DNA of 64,000 bases from NCBI RefSeq assembly GCF_001194135.2, contig NC_068988.1, positions 16,921,064 through 16,985,063 on the forward strand, given 5' to 3'. Shown here piece by piece: positions 1 to 12,451 of this stretch (the stretch's first letter is position 1; every line of letters starts with the position of its first letter). Below the pieces are notes generated by a model. It was not told the origin of the DNA. It ran no database searches and saw only the letters and a program-made list of their open reading frames with translations. This DNA is from Octopus bimaculoides. Its lineage: Eukaryota. The translations under genes were made by a program, and so were the position numbers.

Positions 1-1912
1 AATTTACATAGTATTTTATTTGGTACCGATCCTGAATGCACCAGTAAATTGTTCCTTATGTACTCAACCGTATCTGTAGTGTTTAAGCGTATTTCATTTC
101 ACTTCTTATCGCACAATTTTTGTTGTACATTATCCCAATATTTTCTCTGAATGTCACTGGGATATAGTTTGTTTGTGTAATCTCTTAAATGAGGTGCTCA
201 TTTATTATTACTTTCATGCTAGAAGATTTTGTATTTGTTTCAACTAAATGAATATGAAAGATGAAACGCTCACGTTTTCGTGACTTTACTACGCTAGTCA
301 ATTTCCTTTTTGCATTCAAATTGTCTATCTATTGATGATGCTCTATTTCCCTAAAAAGTTACTTTATTTGTTTTCTATTGTATAATAGACACACAACCTT
401 ATCCTTTAGCTGAGTAGATATAGGATTTCTTTTAACTTTTTCGGCGATTTTATATTGTATACTCGTTTTGCAAAATATTTAGAGAACATTACTAAAGGGA
501 GAATTATTACAATACAATTCAAAGCAGATACACATGATTATGTTATTTATTCTACTGATATTAAAGTGTACTTCTCTGGAAACAATATAGAGGTGTGCAC
601 GCTTGCATTTGGCTGTTATTACCTAATTCGCTGTTGCGTTGAAAGTGTTTCACCTCATGCAAATTGATTTTGTTATAATCATTTCTTCTTCCAACTTTAA
701 TGTTTCGATTAATTGTTACTCGTTGCTAACCGCATATTTTTTTGTAAAGTTTATTAAATTGTTTACGCTTACTGAGGCTATTTCCGTTTTAATGTAGAAG
801 TTTTGATTTTCTATTTCCATAGAATCCTATTTGGTTTTCGCCCACGATATTAATTGTAGTCTTTTGTAAAAGCGTGTTTCTTTTATCTTCAGCTGGGCGA
901 TTTTTGCTTGCAAAATACATTCTTATCAACAATGAATATTTTTCCTCGGCATATTTTATTTCGAAATTTTTATATGAATGTTTTTCTTGTGCTGTGATTT
1001 AGTTCATTCTACTTTCATCGTTTGCAGTGATTCATTTTATTTATGCGGAGTTAACTTTGTCTGTTATTTCTATTCATACATACTAATCTTTACTCCTCCA
1101 TACCACCTACGCTTGAGAATGTTGGATTGGTAGTATTTGTGGAAAACATCGTAGGCCAATTATTCTCTAGGGTTTCATATTATTTTAATTGATAATAGCA
1201 GTTTCGAAAGGAAAATTTGCGTAATCATGTAGGTTTTATAATACGTGGAGATAAAACAAATTGCAGTATTCAGTTCTGTTCGTTTCGATTCGGTTCTGAT
1301 TTCAAATTCCCATGAGCCTGACAAAATGCAGAGACATTTCAGAGTCGATAATGTAAGTAAAGCTCAACTATATTTAGCTGTCTGGTCCCATCGCAGAATC
1401 TGTATCTTACATACCTTAGAAAACAGTATGATTTTAATGATTAATATAGCTAGAGTAAGCCAAGGTTTTCCAAAAATACTTACAGCATAAGATTAATGTC
1501 GTCTTCATGCAACCTGTCTTCTGGTTAAAAAAAAATTACATTTGAAACCAACATAACTGGTATCAATATCGATATGCGATTGGATAATTTCTCTACATAT
1601 TCATATTTAAAAGCGTTCTTAGTTTTTTTTTCTTTTTTTTTTTCTTTTGTAATATAACTAAAATATTTCATGGGACGTGAAACGGTTGGTATCTAAATAT
1701 ACTTGGAAACTATCGGTAAGAAAGCAATTTCCTGAATTAAATGATATTGAATAAAAAATAATGATGACCTATATAACAATATTGCTTCATAAAAGCACCC
1801 AGTATACGCTTTGTACTTTCAGTTGCTCATGGCTAAAGTTTGGGCAAATGTCAGAACCTGGTCTAAGAGTGGAGTATTTCAGGCAATATGAAAGCTAGAC
1901 AATATAAGTTTG

Positions 1913-2170
1913 TGTGTGCACGCGCGCGTGTTTCTATACATATGCACACACACACACACAGATATATACATATGCACACACACATATACATATGCACACA
2001 TACATATATACATATGCACACACACACACACACATATGCAAACACATGCGCATATGCACACATAAACATACATATGCACATATACACACGTATATACATA
2101 TGCACAAACACACACACACATACATACGTATGCACACACACATATACGCGCATACATATAATATATATGC
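1913..2170. repeat. Compound (CA)/(TA) microsatellite with recurring ATATGCACAC units
   Basis: Directly visible; it produces the HT/YI/CV pseudo-ORFs at 1863-2192. Confidence 0.95.
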
Positions 2171-3209
2171 ATTATATATGGAACTGAAATAAAGGTGTAC
2201 TCTTTGCTATATAGGCGCGTAAATTGAAGAGATTTAAATTTGGAGAAAGTGTCAAATTGAACATCCCTTTAAGGTATAAACATTTTGAAAAATTGAAAAG
2301 ACATAAATTGAAAATTGAAAAAATATAAATTAAGCAACATCGATTTAAGAAATATGTTTCTATTTACGTTCTATTTATGCATAAATTGGATATGAAATTT
2401 AGGAATTATGTTATGAGATTCCTAAATATTACTTTGTAAATACATCTAACGATCGATTTTGATTTAGCCTGGTGGAAAGGACAACCAACTTTAGCATTTG
2501 TTTGTATCATACAGCCCTTAAAAACAAGTTGATTATATAAAGGATTTCTTCATTCATATATTTAGATTCCACAAATAAAAATGTTTGCTTAAAACTTAAA
2601 GAATAGAAAGGACAAAATATTTTTTATATTTTAGCCTATAGGCTAAATCTAAATGCAAATTGAATTGTCTTTTACTAACTCACAAGTTAAATTTGTATGC
2701 CGCCATCACGAATTTAATGTCATTATTTAATTCTTTTACATTACAATATTCTATGAAATTAAACACAACCGATTCTTGCTAACCTAGATTTGAATAGCGA
2801 ATACATATTTGAATTTTAAACCTAATTAAAGCAGTCAGATAATATGTTACCAATGCACAAAGTTAAATTTCTTTAATGTCTTACAAAATTTTGAATTAAC
2901 ACTTTCCTCCCTGGTTTAAAATGCTTTATGCTCGTGTTACCTAATAAGGAATTTGGTATAACTGTTAATCGAAAAGTTCTATAATCAATCACCTTCATAA
3001 TTTTGATGAGATTCATTTTATGACTATATTTCTTTCCGAGATTCGTTTGCGATTTTGCATATACGACGCACGATCTGCGCAGGCATGAAACGTCATATGT
3101 TCTTAAAACTCTTAACACCAAAGAAATCTTTATTAAATAAGTAAATATTTTGGTTATTCAAGTAGGAGCTTGAAATATTTCGTCCATAGCATGAATGTGT
3201 TCATTAGCA

Positions 3210-3252
3210 ATTTAATAACGGCTTGTATTATTTTATGTTTTTGCAGGTAAGT
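3210..3252 (+). other. Candidate recursive splice site (3' splice site immediately followed by 5' splice site)
   Basis: TTATTTTATGTTTTTGCAG|GTAAGT: U-rich tract, CAG ending at 3246, then perfect GTAAGT at 3247-3252. A TTTAAT branch-like word lies about 30 nt upstream. Confidence 0.4.
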
Positions 3253-3654
3253 TTTAGAGTGAAACATTTTCCTATTGAACATCACGTTACGTAAGTAGCA
3301 ACGTTTTCATTACATCTTATACACATGATTGCGTCTACAAGGCATGTTACTATATAAATGTGTTTCTTGAGACACACAAATAGGAAATAAATCTATAGTC
3401 AGCAACCTGATGTTAATTTCAAAATAAATATGGAACATCAAACACAAAGTTAGAGAAAGATTCATCTTGGTATGTGCAGGATTTCCTGCGATTTTGGCCA
3501 ATTTTTCGTTTCTTTTGCAGTTGTAAATTCTCTTTTGCGCTTAACCACGATGTATTCTGCAGACATCAAATATTTTGAAATTACCCGATCCATTGATCTG
3601 AGGGAGTTCTTTGCTGTACAAAAAATATTGCAAATAATTTCTGAAATTGTACGC

Positions 3655-3932
3655 ACATACACACACACACACACACACGTACACACACACACATACACAC
3701 ACACACATACGTACACACACTCACACATACACACACACACGTACACACACTCACACATGCACACACGTATAAAAATATGTATACACAGAGATTGATATAC
3801 AAAAAGAGGCATAAGTAATGGATATATANNNNNNNNNNNNNNNNNNNNNNNNNNNNNNNNNNNNNNNNNNNNNNNNNNNNNNNNNNNNNNNNNNNNNNNN
3901 NNNNNNNNNNNNNNNNNNNNNNNNNNNNNNNN

Positions 3933-4020
<88 letters not shown>
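3655..4020. repeat. (CA)n / (TA)n / (TG)n microsatellite cluster around an N gap (3829-3932)
   Basis: Directly visible. Confidence 0.95.
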
Positions 4021-4023
<3 letters not shown>

Positions 4024-4517
4024 ATATACGTGCATAATGAATAGTGTATTGAGCTGTGTTGCGAATAATGTCTATTCTGGTCATCTGCTTATAGAGAAGG
4101 AGTCTGGCACAGAACGATATCCTATGACATAGACATTAGCTCGTGTAATGTCGAGAGACAATCTTACACAAACGCTTTTGTCCTTTCAGTATGTCACACA
4201 ACAATTATGTATCTCAACTGAGAATGCTCTAGTTCATATTCTTTCTTTAAAAACAAACTATTTCTATGACAACCGACAGAATAATCATAAATTGCAACAC
4301 AGCCGCATCTACTGTACACGTTTGATAATCTAATGTGAACCGTTTCAAATGTATTCGTATATATTAGAATATAATGAAATTCGAATTAATTCTTATATAT
4401 TCTTTGTCCACTTTCTATTCCTCCACATTTTTGGCTCAATAGCATTTTCCCACATATCTATCTATCTCTTCTCTTTCTCTCTATAACTCTCTCTTTCTCT
4501 CTCTCCCCTTCTCCATC

Positions 4518-4556
<39 letters not shown>

Positions 4557-4805
4557 GACACGCCCTATGTTTCTTAAAGCAATTATTTTGGTTGTGTTTA
4601 TGCGTTTCTGTACATTAACGAAGTAAGAAAATCGTGGAATAATCGTGAAGAAAATTGGTGTGAAAAATGGAACTAGAAAAAGGAAACAAAACCAAGGGTC
4701 AAGCTAGTTTTGATTTAATGCGCAGAAAGCTCATTAAATACGACTGGTTTATACCGAAATAATAGCAAATATGTCAGTCTGCGAGACAGCAACTCAGTCT
4801 AGAAC

Positions 4806-5072
4806 GAATTTTGCCCTTCAATTCGATAAAAGAAGGCTGTTCATAAGTTTACAGCTGCTATAAGTTTCAGAATTAAGCAGTCTGTTGGAATTGGTGGATC
4901 TAAGAAGGAAAAGACATCTGTCTGCTATGCATAAGATACAATTTTAGCCCTTCAATTCGATAACAGTATCCTGTTCATAAGTTTACAGCTGCTAAACGAT
5001 TCAGAATTAAGCAGTCTGTTGGAATTGCTGTTAGAAGGATAAGATATCTTTCTGCTACGCACAAGATGCAAT
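4806..5072. repeat. Two-copy tandem duplication, period about 134 bp
   Basis: GCCCTTCAATTCGATA starts at 4813 and 4947. CTGTTCATAAGTTTACAGCTGCTA and TCAGAATTAAGCAGTCTGTTGGAATTG are shared by both copies. Confidence 0.9.
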
Positions 5073-5622
5073 TCTTAGATCCATTAGAACTAGGTTAGGA
5101 TTTATCCACTAAACAGTATGTGGTGTGGGACTGCTCTTCAAATTCCATACATATATATGAAAATTTTAGCACGAGCATATATATGGGAAGCTTTCTTTTT
5201 ATCGTACTAGAGGGCACCATCCGCTCCAGATTGAGTTGCTGTCTCGTAGACCTTGGCATATTTTCTTTTATTTTGTTCTAATTACTTTTATTTAATGCGC
5301 TTTCAGTAATCAAGAATGACAAGGTTCTTAGTCTTCTGGACTTCGTTTCTTTTTTACTCGTTCCATCTTTTGCACCAAAATTCTTCACGTTTTTCTCCCG
5401 CATTTTTATATTTTATTACTGTCCAGGGTCTTTGTTTTTAAAATATATATAAGGCCAAAAATAGAACCCGAAAGGTTGCTTTAAAATATATGGCGTATTT
5501 TATAAATAATAAAAGCATGAAACTATTAGTAGCTCTTTCAGTTGTGTATTGAAACTGATTTTTATCTCGCACTGGATGGAGTTCTTATCTTTGTTGATTC
5601 TACCTCAACTAAATCTTTAAAC

Positions 5623-5727
5623 TTCTCTCTCTCTCTCTCTCCCATTCCTCTCGCTCTCTTTCTCACTTTCTGTATATATATATATATCTATATATCTATA
5701 TATCTATATATATATATATATATGTGT

Positions 5728-5806
<79 letters not shown>
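5623..5806. repeat. (CT)n-(TA)n-(TG)n compound microsatellite
   Basis: Directly visible. Confidence 0.95.
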
Positions 5807-5809
<3 letters not shown>

Positions 5810-5999
5810 CTATTATCAACTCCTAGGTCCCTAGGAGTGGTTGATAGAACATAATATACTACACACTTATTTTTCTAGATTTTAACTTAGAGAATCACAG
5901 AGCTGGTCTTTATATTGTTCCATCTTTATCGATTGACTATCTTCACCAACTCTGACTTATATTATAATTTTATTAAATAGAATCATACCGCAGTATATG

Positions 6000-6900
6000 G
6001 ATAAGTGAAAATTCAATTTTGGGGGAAATATAAGAGAGACGATTATTCGGTTCCATATTTTACACAATAAATGCAACACGTCTTTACTGCAATTGAATTT
6101 CACAAACATACAACTCATTCGTTTCTCCTATTCTATTACATAGCGAATTACACTTTGCTAGTAACCCACCTACTCATTTTAGTATGGATATCGTTATTAC
6201 ACTATCGGCTGAAAAACTGTCATCTACTTCAAAGGTAAACTCTGGAGTAGACATTTCACCTTAGATACTTTTAATATTACAATTGGATATTCAGATAGCA
6301 TACAAGTCACAGACATGACAAGCCTCTTTCTATTGTATCAACGAAGCATTTTCCCAAGATAGTATGAAGACGCTCTACCCACAAAAAACGTTTCAGTTAT
6401 TGTAGACATATTTACCAGTCACTCTCTATATCTTTACCGGCAACACTCCATATTATAACTGGGCTTCTACACAGGCATTCTTTCTGAGAAATAAACACTC
6501 CTATATTCATAGTATTAGATTCAAAGACAAGTTGGAAAACATTAGCATACATGACACCTATTAGCACGTATAACATAACCTATCATAATAATGCTCATTG
6601 TAAAATTATCACAAAATTCATTGTTATTAAACATAATTGTATACCTGCTTCCCCATCTATGTTGCTTCTATCGAACCATTTTAATCAATACGAGCCACTT
6701 GTCCCAGAAAAGTCGTTAGCATGTCGTTTTTATTGACGCATTTTAGCCTTACATTCAAAATGTGGTAAGCTTTACTACGCTTCCGAACCTCGAATTCTCT
6801 TATTGCATGATTTTGTAGTACTGCCTTTTAGTAGGTCATGCTTGTCATCACTTTTTTTAAACATTCTTTATCTCGTTTTCTTTATATCTCTTTACACCTT
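6000..6900 (+). mobile_element. Highly decayed CR1/L2/Jockey-like LINE RT relic
   Basis: Hand translation gives SKVNSGVDISP*ILLILQLDI from 6229 (cf. [23 protein letters not shown]) and VLDSKTSWK from 6512 (cf. ILDSKLSWK), in the expected order. Many stops. Confidence 0.4.
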
Positions 6901-7510
6901 AACAATAATTCTCCCACCTTTACCATTATAATTCTCACCAGTTCGTAGTTTTTTATCTATTTTATTCTCCCATCATATTTTCCACAACGCTTTCTCAGCT
7001 GAGATACTGCTCATATTCTCGAGTTCTTTCATATTAGCGTTAAAATAAGTTCACTGTATTTATTTCATTCTTTATCTATTTATATACACCTACAACATCT
7101 AATGACGCTATTTATTTCTAAGAGTATCATTCCCGTCATCGTAATTAACTAGTCATTTTGGGGGTGTCTTCCGTTTCATGCATGAAATTCCTATGTATTA
7201 TGGTCAGTAATATTGTAATACACAGTCCCCACGTAATTACACAACATGCTTCATGATATCCACAATTCACAGTAGACATTCAAACAGCCATAGAAGTTTG
7301 ATCACATCATGCAAATTCTGAAACAACTCTTGTAAATATATTCCATATATCTTTAACTGTTTTCTCATCTTTCTCTCTGTCACTCTCACTCTCTCTCTTT
7401 GTACGTGTAAATGTGTACGTCCAAACATATTTGGTTTCATTACATTTAATACATTATGTAATATATACATATATATATATACACACCCACACACACATAC
7501 ACACACTCAC

Positions 7511-7579
<69 letters not shown>

Positions 7580-7600
7580 AATACATGCACATATATTAAT

Positions 7601-8370
7601 TTATAATCAGGATACAAGATAGTACCAGCATTGCTAGAAATGAGTCAAAACGACTCAAAAGCCAGTTATCACTAATATGCGCTGGCGAATTCGAGGAAAC
7701 GAGTAAATAAAATAGCCTACGTAGCAATACTATTTAACAAATCCCAAATGAATTTTGATATACTCATATCACGTGATTTCGAACGCTGTGATGAACACCT
7801 AGTTCTCTTCGGAGAGCATTGCTGCCAAGGGCTAAATTTACTCGTGTCACTTTGTACGAATTAACCATTTCGATGCAGCGGCTAATTAAAGAATGATCGA
7901 AGTGAATCAAATTATAAAAACACTTAACGATATTATTATTATTAAATAGTAATACTATAAGTGGCTAGCAAGCATAAAATAAAACATAAAGGTAGGATTA
8001 ATAATTTATAACCAGGGTACAAGATAGCACTAGCATTGCTAGAAATAAGTCATAATGACTCATAAACCACAGACCACCTAACATGAGTACATCGGCAAAT
8101 TCATTTGCGATTTTTACCCGATATTGATAAGTTTCATTTTTTTTTTTTCATTTTATCTAGTTTCAGCTCATGAGCTGCGGCCATGCTGGGGCACAGCCAT
8201 TTAGTTGGCTATTTTATTTACTCGTTTCCTCTAATTCACTATTGTATATTAGTGACAACTGTAGGTTTTTGAGTCGTTCTCATTCGTATTTCTATCAATT
8301 CTGGTACTATCTTCTACTGTGATTATACATTGATAATTTTACCTTTATGGCTATTTTATGCTTGCTGGCC

Positions 8371-8416
<46 letters not shown>

Positions 8417-8766
8417 ATATCAATAATAATATCTCTAAGTATTTTTATAATTTTATTCACTTCGATCACTTTCGAATTTGCCGCTGCATTGAAATGGTCA
8501 ATGCACACACGTAATGCGAGTATCTTTGGCCCTCGGGTGGGATACTAATTAAAGAGGACTATGTTTTTAACACAAGGTTCGAAATTACATGATATGAGTA
8601 CGTCTGCAAATTAATTCGAGATTTTTTTTCCCGCTATTGGTAAGTTGTTTTTATTTACTCGTTTCCTTGAATTCACAAGTATGTATTAGTGATAACTGTG
8701 GATTTCGAGTCGTTTTGACCGTCGTGTTTCTTGCAATGCTGGTACTGTCTTTTACCCTGACTATAA
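7601..8766. mobile_element. About 1.17-kb modular imperfect palindrome (foldback/MITE-like element)
   Basis: Left arm modules A(7601-7717), C(7761-7784), B(7828-7945), A'(8006-8085) are mirrored in reverse complement at 8207-8327, 8420-8533, 8577-8600 and 8648-8766. Example: GGAAACGAGTAAATAAAA versus TTTTATTTACTCGTTTCC (twice). Confidence 0.8.
8148..8198 (-). mobile_element. SINE 3' tail fragment at the centre of the foldback
   Basis: The reverse complement GGCTGTGCCCCAGCATGGCCGCAGCTCATGAGCTGAAACTAGATAAAATGA resembles the SINE tail at 46861-46912 (GGCGGTGCTCCAGCATGGCCG...GAAACAAGTAAAAGA). Confidence 0.7.
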
Positions 8767-9579
8767 ACTGATGAGAAATACTTTGGGTCATACACACAGG
8801 AGAATGCGTTTAAACATTTTGCTCTTAATATAAAGCTCAATATCATCCATAAATCTTCGCTCAGTTCCAATATTTTGTTATTGAATAACAAGAAAAGATT
8901 GTTTTAATTTAGCTCGATATTATTCATTTCTAGACAATATTCTACGAGCTTGTGTTATTGTGATAATCTGGACGTAAGTAAAATTCTAATTGACTACTTG
9001 TAAGGTAATGTAAAGTAATCATTTTAAACGTGCGTTTAAAGCATCCATACAGTGCTAGATTGCAACAGTAGCTCGACATGGAACTAGTGATTTAATTTTC
9101 CTTACTGAATATTATGCAATTTGCAAAATAAGTTTCAAAAAATGTTAATTACAAATTTATGAAACATCTCTAGGCTATCATTTTGTTAAAGTTGCTGAAT
9201 CGGGTTAAATGTTTAAATGCAGTGGATATGAAAGAGAAGTTGCACATAAAGAGCGTTACATATGACTGTTAGAGCACGTTTGTTGATTTAATGACAAATG
9301 TATAAAAATTCGTGTACAATACTCTCAAGCAGGTTTTCCATATTCTACATTGTATAACGTATTAAATACACCAGGAGGAGGCATTGCAGGAGATTAATGT
9401 AAAAAAAAAAACTATAAAATTTTAGCTGAAAATTGAATGTCAGGATATTATTTAGCGACATCTTTAACATTTATGAAATATTAAAATCTTTGGTAAATTT
9501 CCTTGTTGTGTTCCTCTTGTCACAAAGTTCTTTTCTTTTATCATTTCTCTACATCCATCGTTAACAACCAATTACTTCT

Positions 9580-9582
9580 CTC

Positions 9583-9637
<55 letters not shown>
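9580..9637. repeat. (CT)n microsatellite
   Basis: Directly visible. Confidence 0.97.
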
Positions 9638-9639
<2 letters not shown>

Positions 9640-11499
9640 TTTCAGTACTGACATGCCGTGTATCTTTCCTATTCAAACATCACTCTTTCTCTTTAATACT
9701 GTCATGCACACGTTTCTCAATGTCTCTCTTATTCACACTTTCATGTTCCCCTTCTATTTTCACCACTCTCTCGACTATTCTTCCTATCTGTTACAGCACG
9801 TCTTTTGCTATTCCTCTACCGCCTTACTTCCACATATCCCATTATTCCTGTACATTTATTCATCATTCCATCTTTCTCACATTCTTTCTCACTTTTCTTC
9901 AGTCTAGCTCAATAGTGAAAAGGTCACCGCTAATTTAATCGCAGTAAATCAAAATTAGACATTTTGTCAAAGAATACTGTGCGTGCCAGAAACGAAAATA
10001 GTTCCCACCGAGCAAGACCAAACGCATATATGCATACACAACATATATACATACACACAATCATATAATGTGTTTTTGTGTGTGTGTATGTTGAATATTT
10101 ACGTAGAATATTGAAAGTCCATCTTTTCCAGCATCATGTGTTGGTAGGAATCCAAAATGTTGTAGCGAGATAATGATAATCAATGTTAAATTATCTTCTA
10201 GGTCAGCGGGTCCATTTATGTAACACTATGGTTATGAACCGAAACTAAAAATGGACATACATTAAATAGATTTCATAAGCATCTTCAACAAGACATTATA
10301 TCGAAATATGCACATATTACTTTGAAGATATATTTAAAAAAAAAATATGTATATATGTACATATCTCCACTCATGTCTTTAGTTGCCATTTTATTCCCAC
10401 TGGATTCCGATTTATTTTAAGTAAATGTCTCAGTCGATTCCTAGTAATTATGGTTGGGGTTTTTAAATGTTTTCGAATGGAAGATCCAAGTTTCATCGAA
10501 GAATATTCCACTTATATTATCTACAGACTTAAACACGCCTTTCATTTTATTCTAAAAACCAGATGCTTCGGTTTGCATTTCTGACGAAATATATTACACA
10601 GGAAGTTTCAATGTGACAGTGTGTTTTAAGGCTGATTACGTAAAGTTTCTGCACAGTCCATTTTCTGAATCGCATCTGTTTATTTACACACACAAAACTT
10701 TGTTCAACAGAAGACAATGGCAATGATTAAAACTTCTGCACACGGATCGCGACATATTGTGGGTTCGAATACCAGGGATGTAATTCAAATACAAGAAATC
10801 GAGTCTTTGGTCAGCATCCAATTAATAAGAAGTTGCAACGTGCGCGCACGCAAGTTGACGCACACACATACGCATACACGTTGACACACACACACACATA
10901 TACACACATATATATGAGTACATCACGAGAATTTAGATATTTATAGAAATAAATTGCTTATAACGGTAAAAAGTAAGGTAGAGAAAATTATTCAAAATTG
11001 TTAAAAAATATCCATGGATGGAAAATATGGAAGGCTTCCCTTGGACTCGGAGCCACAGTTTCTGAAAATTCCTTGTATGAAAAAAATATAAATCTTTTTA
11101 AGATGGAGAAATGCCATGGATTGCCTTGGTGTGATAGTAAAACGCGCGTAATGTTTACACAAGATGGGGTGGATCAAATTACACACCAACCTCCGATTTC
11201 CCCCATAAAAGAGCATCCGATATTTACACGTTATTAATTTTAACTTTCTGTATTTGAAATTCCACTGTTAAAAAGAAAATTATTTCTGGCTTCTCGAAAT
11301 TTCTAAACCGTTATGTCCTAAACAACATGCAATTCTTGCTGGTAAAGAACAGCTTTACATTCCAAGGATTTTTTGGGCACAATGCTAGGACGCCGATCAG
11401 ATTGTAGATAATGTGGGGGCGATTCCACGGGCAAACCTCAACATTTTTCATCCAAGTTTTATATGCTGTTATATATTTCTCATCATTCTGTCTGGGTTT

Positions 11500-11645
11500 A
11501 CGTTCTGAGATTAATTTTGGCCAGGTCAGCTTTCATCGTTTAGGCATTAATTTAACAATTCCAGCCAAGGAACAACGTCGCTGTAATCAACTAGACACCC
11601 GCCCCCAAATTTCCGACCTTGTGCCTTTCTACTCAAAGGATCATT
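11500..11645 (+). mobile_element. Decayed SINE family B copy (3' half)
   Basis: GCTTTCATCGTTT...TGTAATCAACT...CCCCCAAATTTCCGACCTTGTGCC is similar to the copies at 25.3, 30.8 and 51.3 kb. Confidence 0.6.
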
Positions 11646-11865
11646 TGTAAATTTCTCTAAGTCGTGTTCCGCCATTAAAACGATTTTTATATAATTCTAT
11701 ATTTTGCTTCATATATTATATTAAAATTTGCGTGTATCAAAACATTTTGACAAAATGTCTGCTTGCAAAATGAACATATTAAAGAACACATAATAATGAA
11801 AAATTATTAGACTATTGAATAGTGCCTAATGATATACGTAAGCTGCTTGCAGTTTTGAAACTTAC

Positions 11866-11871
11866 CAACAG
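11866..11871 (-). other. Candidate 6-nt microexon (CTGTTG)
   Basis: The minus strand reads TTTATTATTTTTTTTTTATTTCAG|CTGTTG|GTAAGT: strong acceptor, 6 nt (frame-preserving), perfect donor. Confidence 0.35.
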
Positions 11872-12254
11872 CTGAAATAAAAAAAAATAATAAACGTATC
11901 TTAGATATAGTATACTGTGGAGAAGACTAGCACGTACATGATATCATTAAATAATTAATTTCTGACTGGATACGGTTAATGATACTGTTAACGATGTTAT
12001 GCTAAAAATGAGAGGAATTGATATGGAGAAGTAGATTCAGCAATAGGATATGAATTTTAAGAGAAGTTTCTCTCCAGTTGTAAACAAAATGTGAGATGTT
12101 TGCGCGATATCATCATTGAATTTCCATGGGATTGCTTGGATTTGAGAAGACAGTATTTGTTTCTCTCTCTTGGTATTAATACAACACGCAGATAAGATTA
12201 AAAAGGCAAAGCAGTGAATGACCATCGTTGTACATCATAATTTTCAAGCAGATA

Positions 12255-12451
12255 CGAAGGTGTTCCTACTTTGATGGTATCGCGAAACGCCTGGCTGGAG
12301 GCCCAACCTTCCAAGTTCTTTTACAAACTGAAGGACCGCTTCAATAAGTGTATGAATGTGAGAGCTGAATATGTTGAATAAAATCATAATTAACTGATTT
12401 TCCAGTATTTTCTTTTATCCGAAGCCAGGACGTTTTCAGCACCCACTCCTA
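12255..12451 (+). mobile_element. Mariner (Tc1/mariner) transposon 3' end: transposase C-terminus plus right TIR
   Basis: 12292-12381 translates WLEAQPSKFFYKLKDRFNKCMNVRAEYVE*, matching the mariner C-terminal pattern W...Q...FF..L..RW.KC....G.YVE*. It is followed by the TIR-like GCCAGGACGTTTTCAGCACCCACTCCTA ending in TA. Confidence 0.75.

Noticed and set aside
3472-3660. Plus-strand open frame after a TTTCTTTTGCAG acceptor (VVNSLLRLTTMYSADIKYFEITRS...)
   Set aside because: No recognisable domain and no good donor; the frame runs into a (CA)n tract.
10760-10790. Isolated Pol III B box GGTTCGAATACC
   Set aside because: No matching A box or tRNA fold; likely a SINE remnant or chance.
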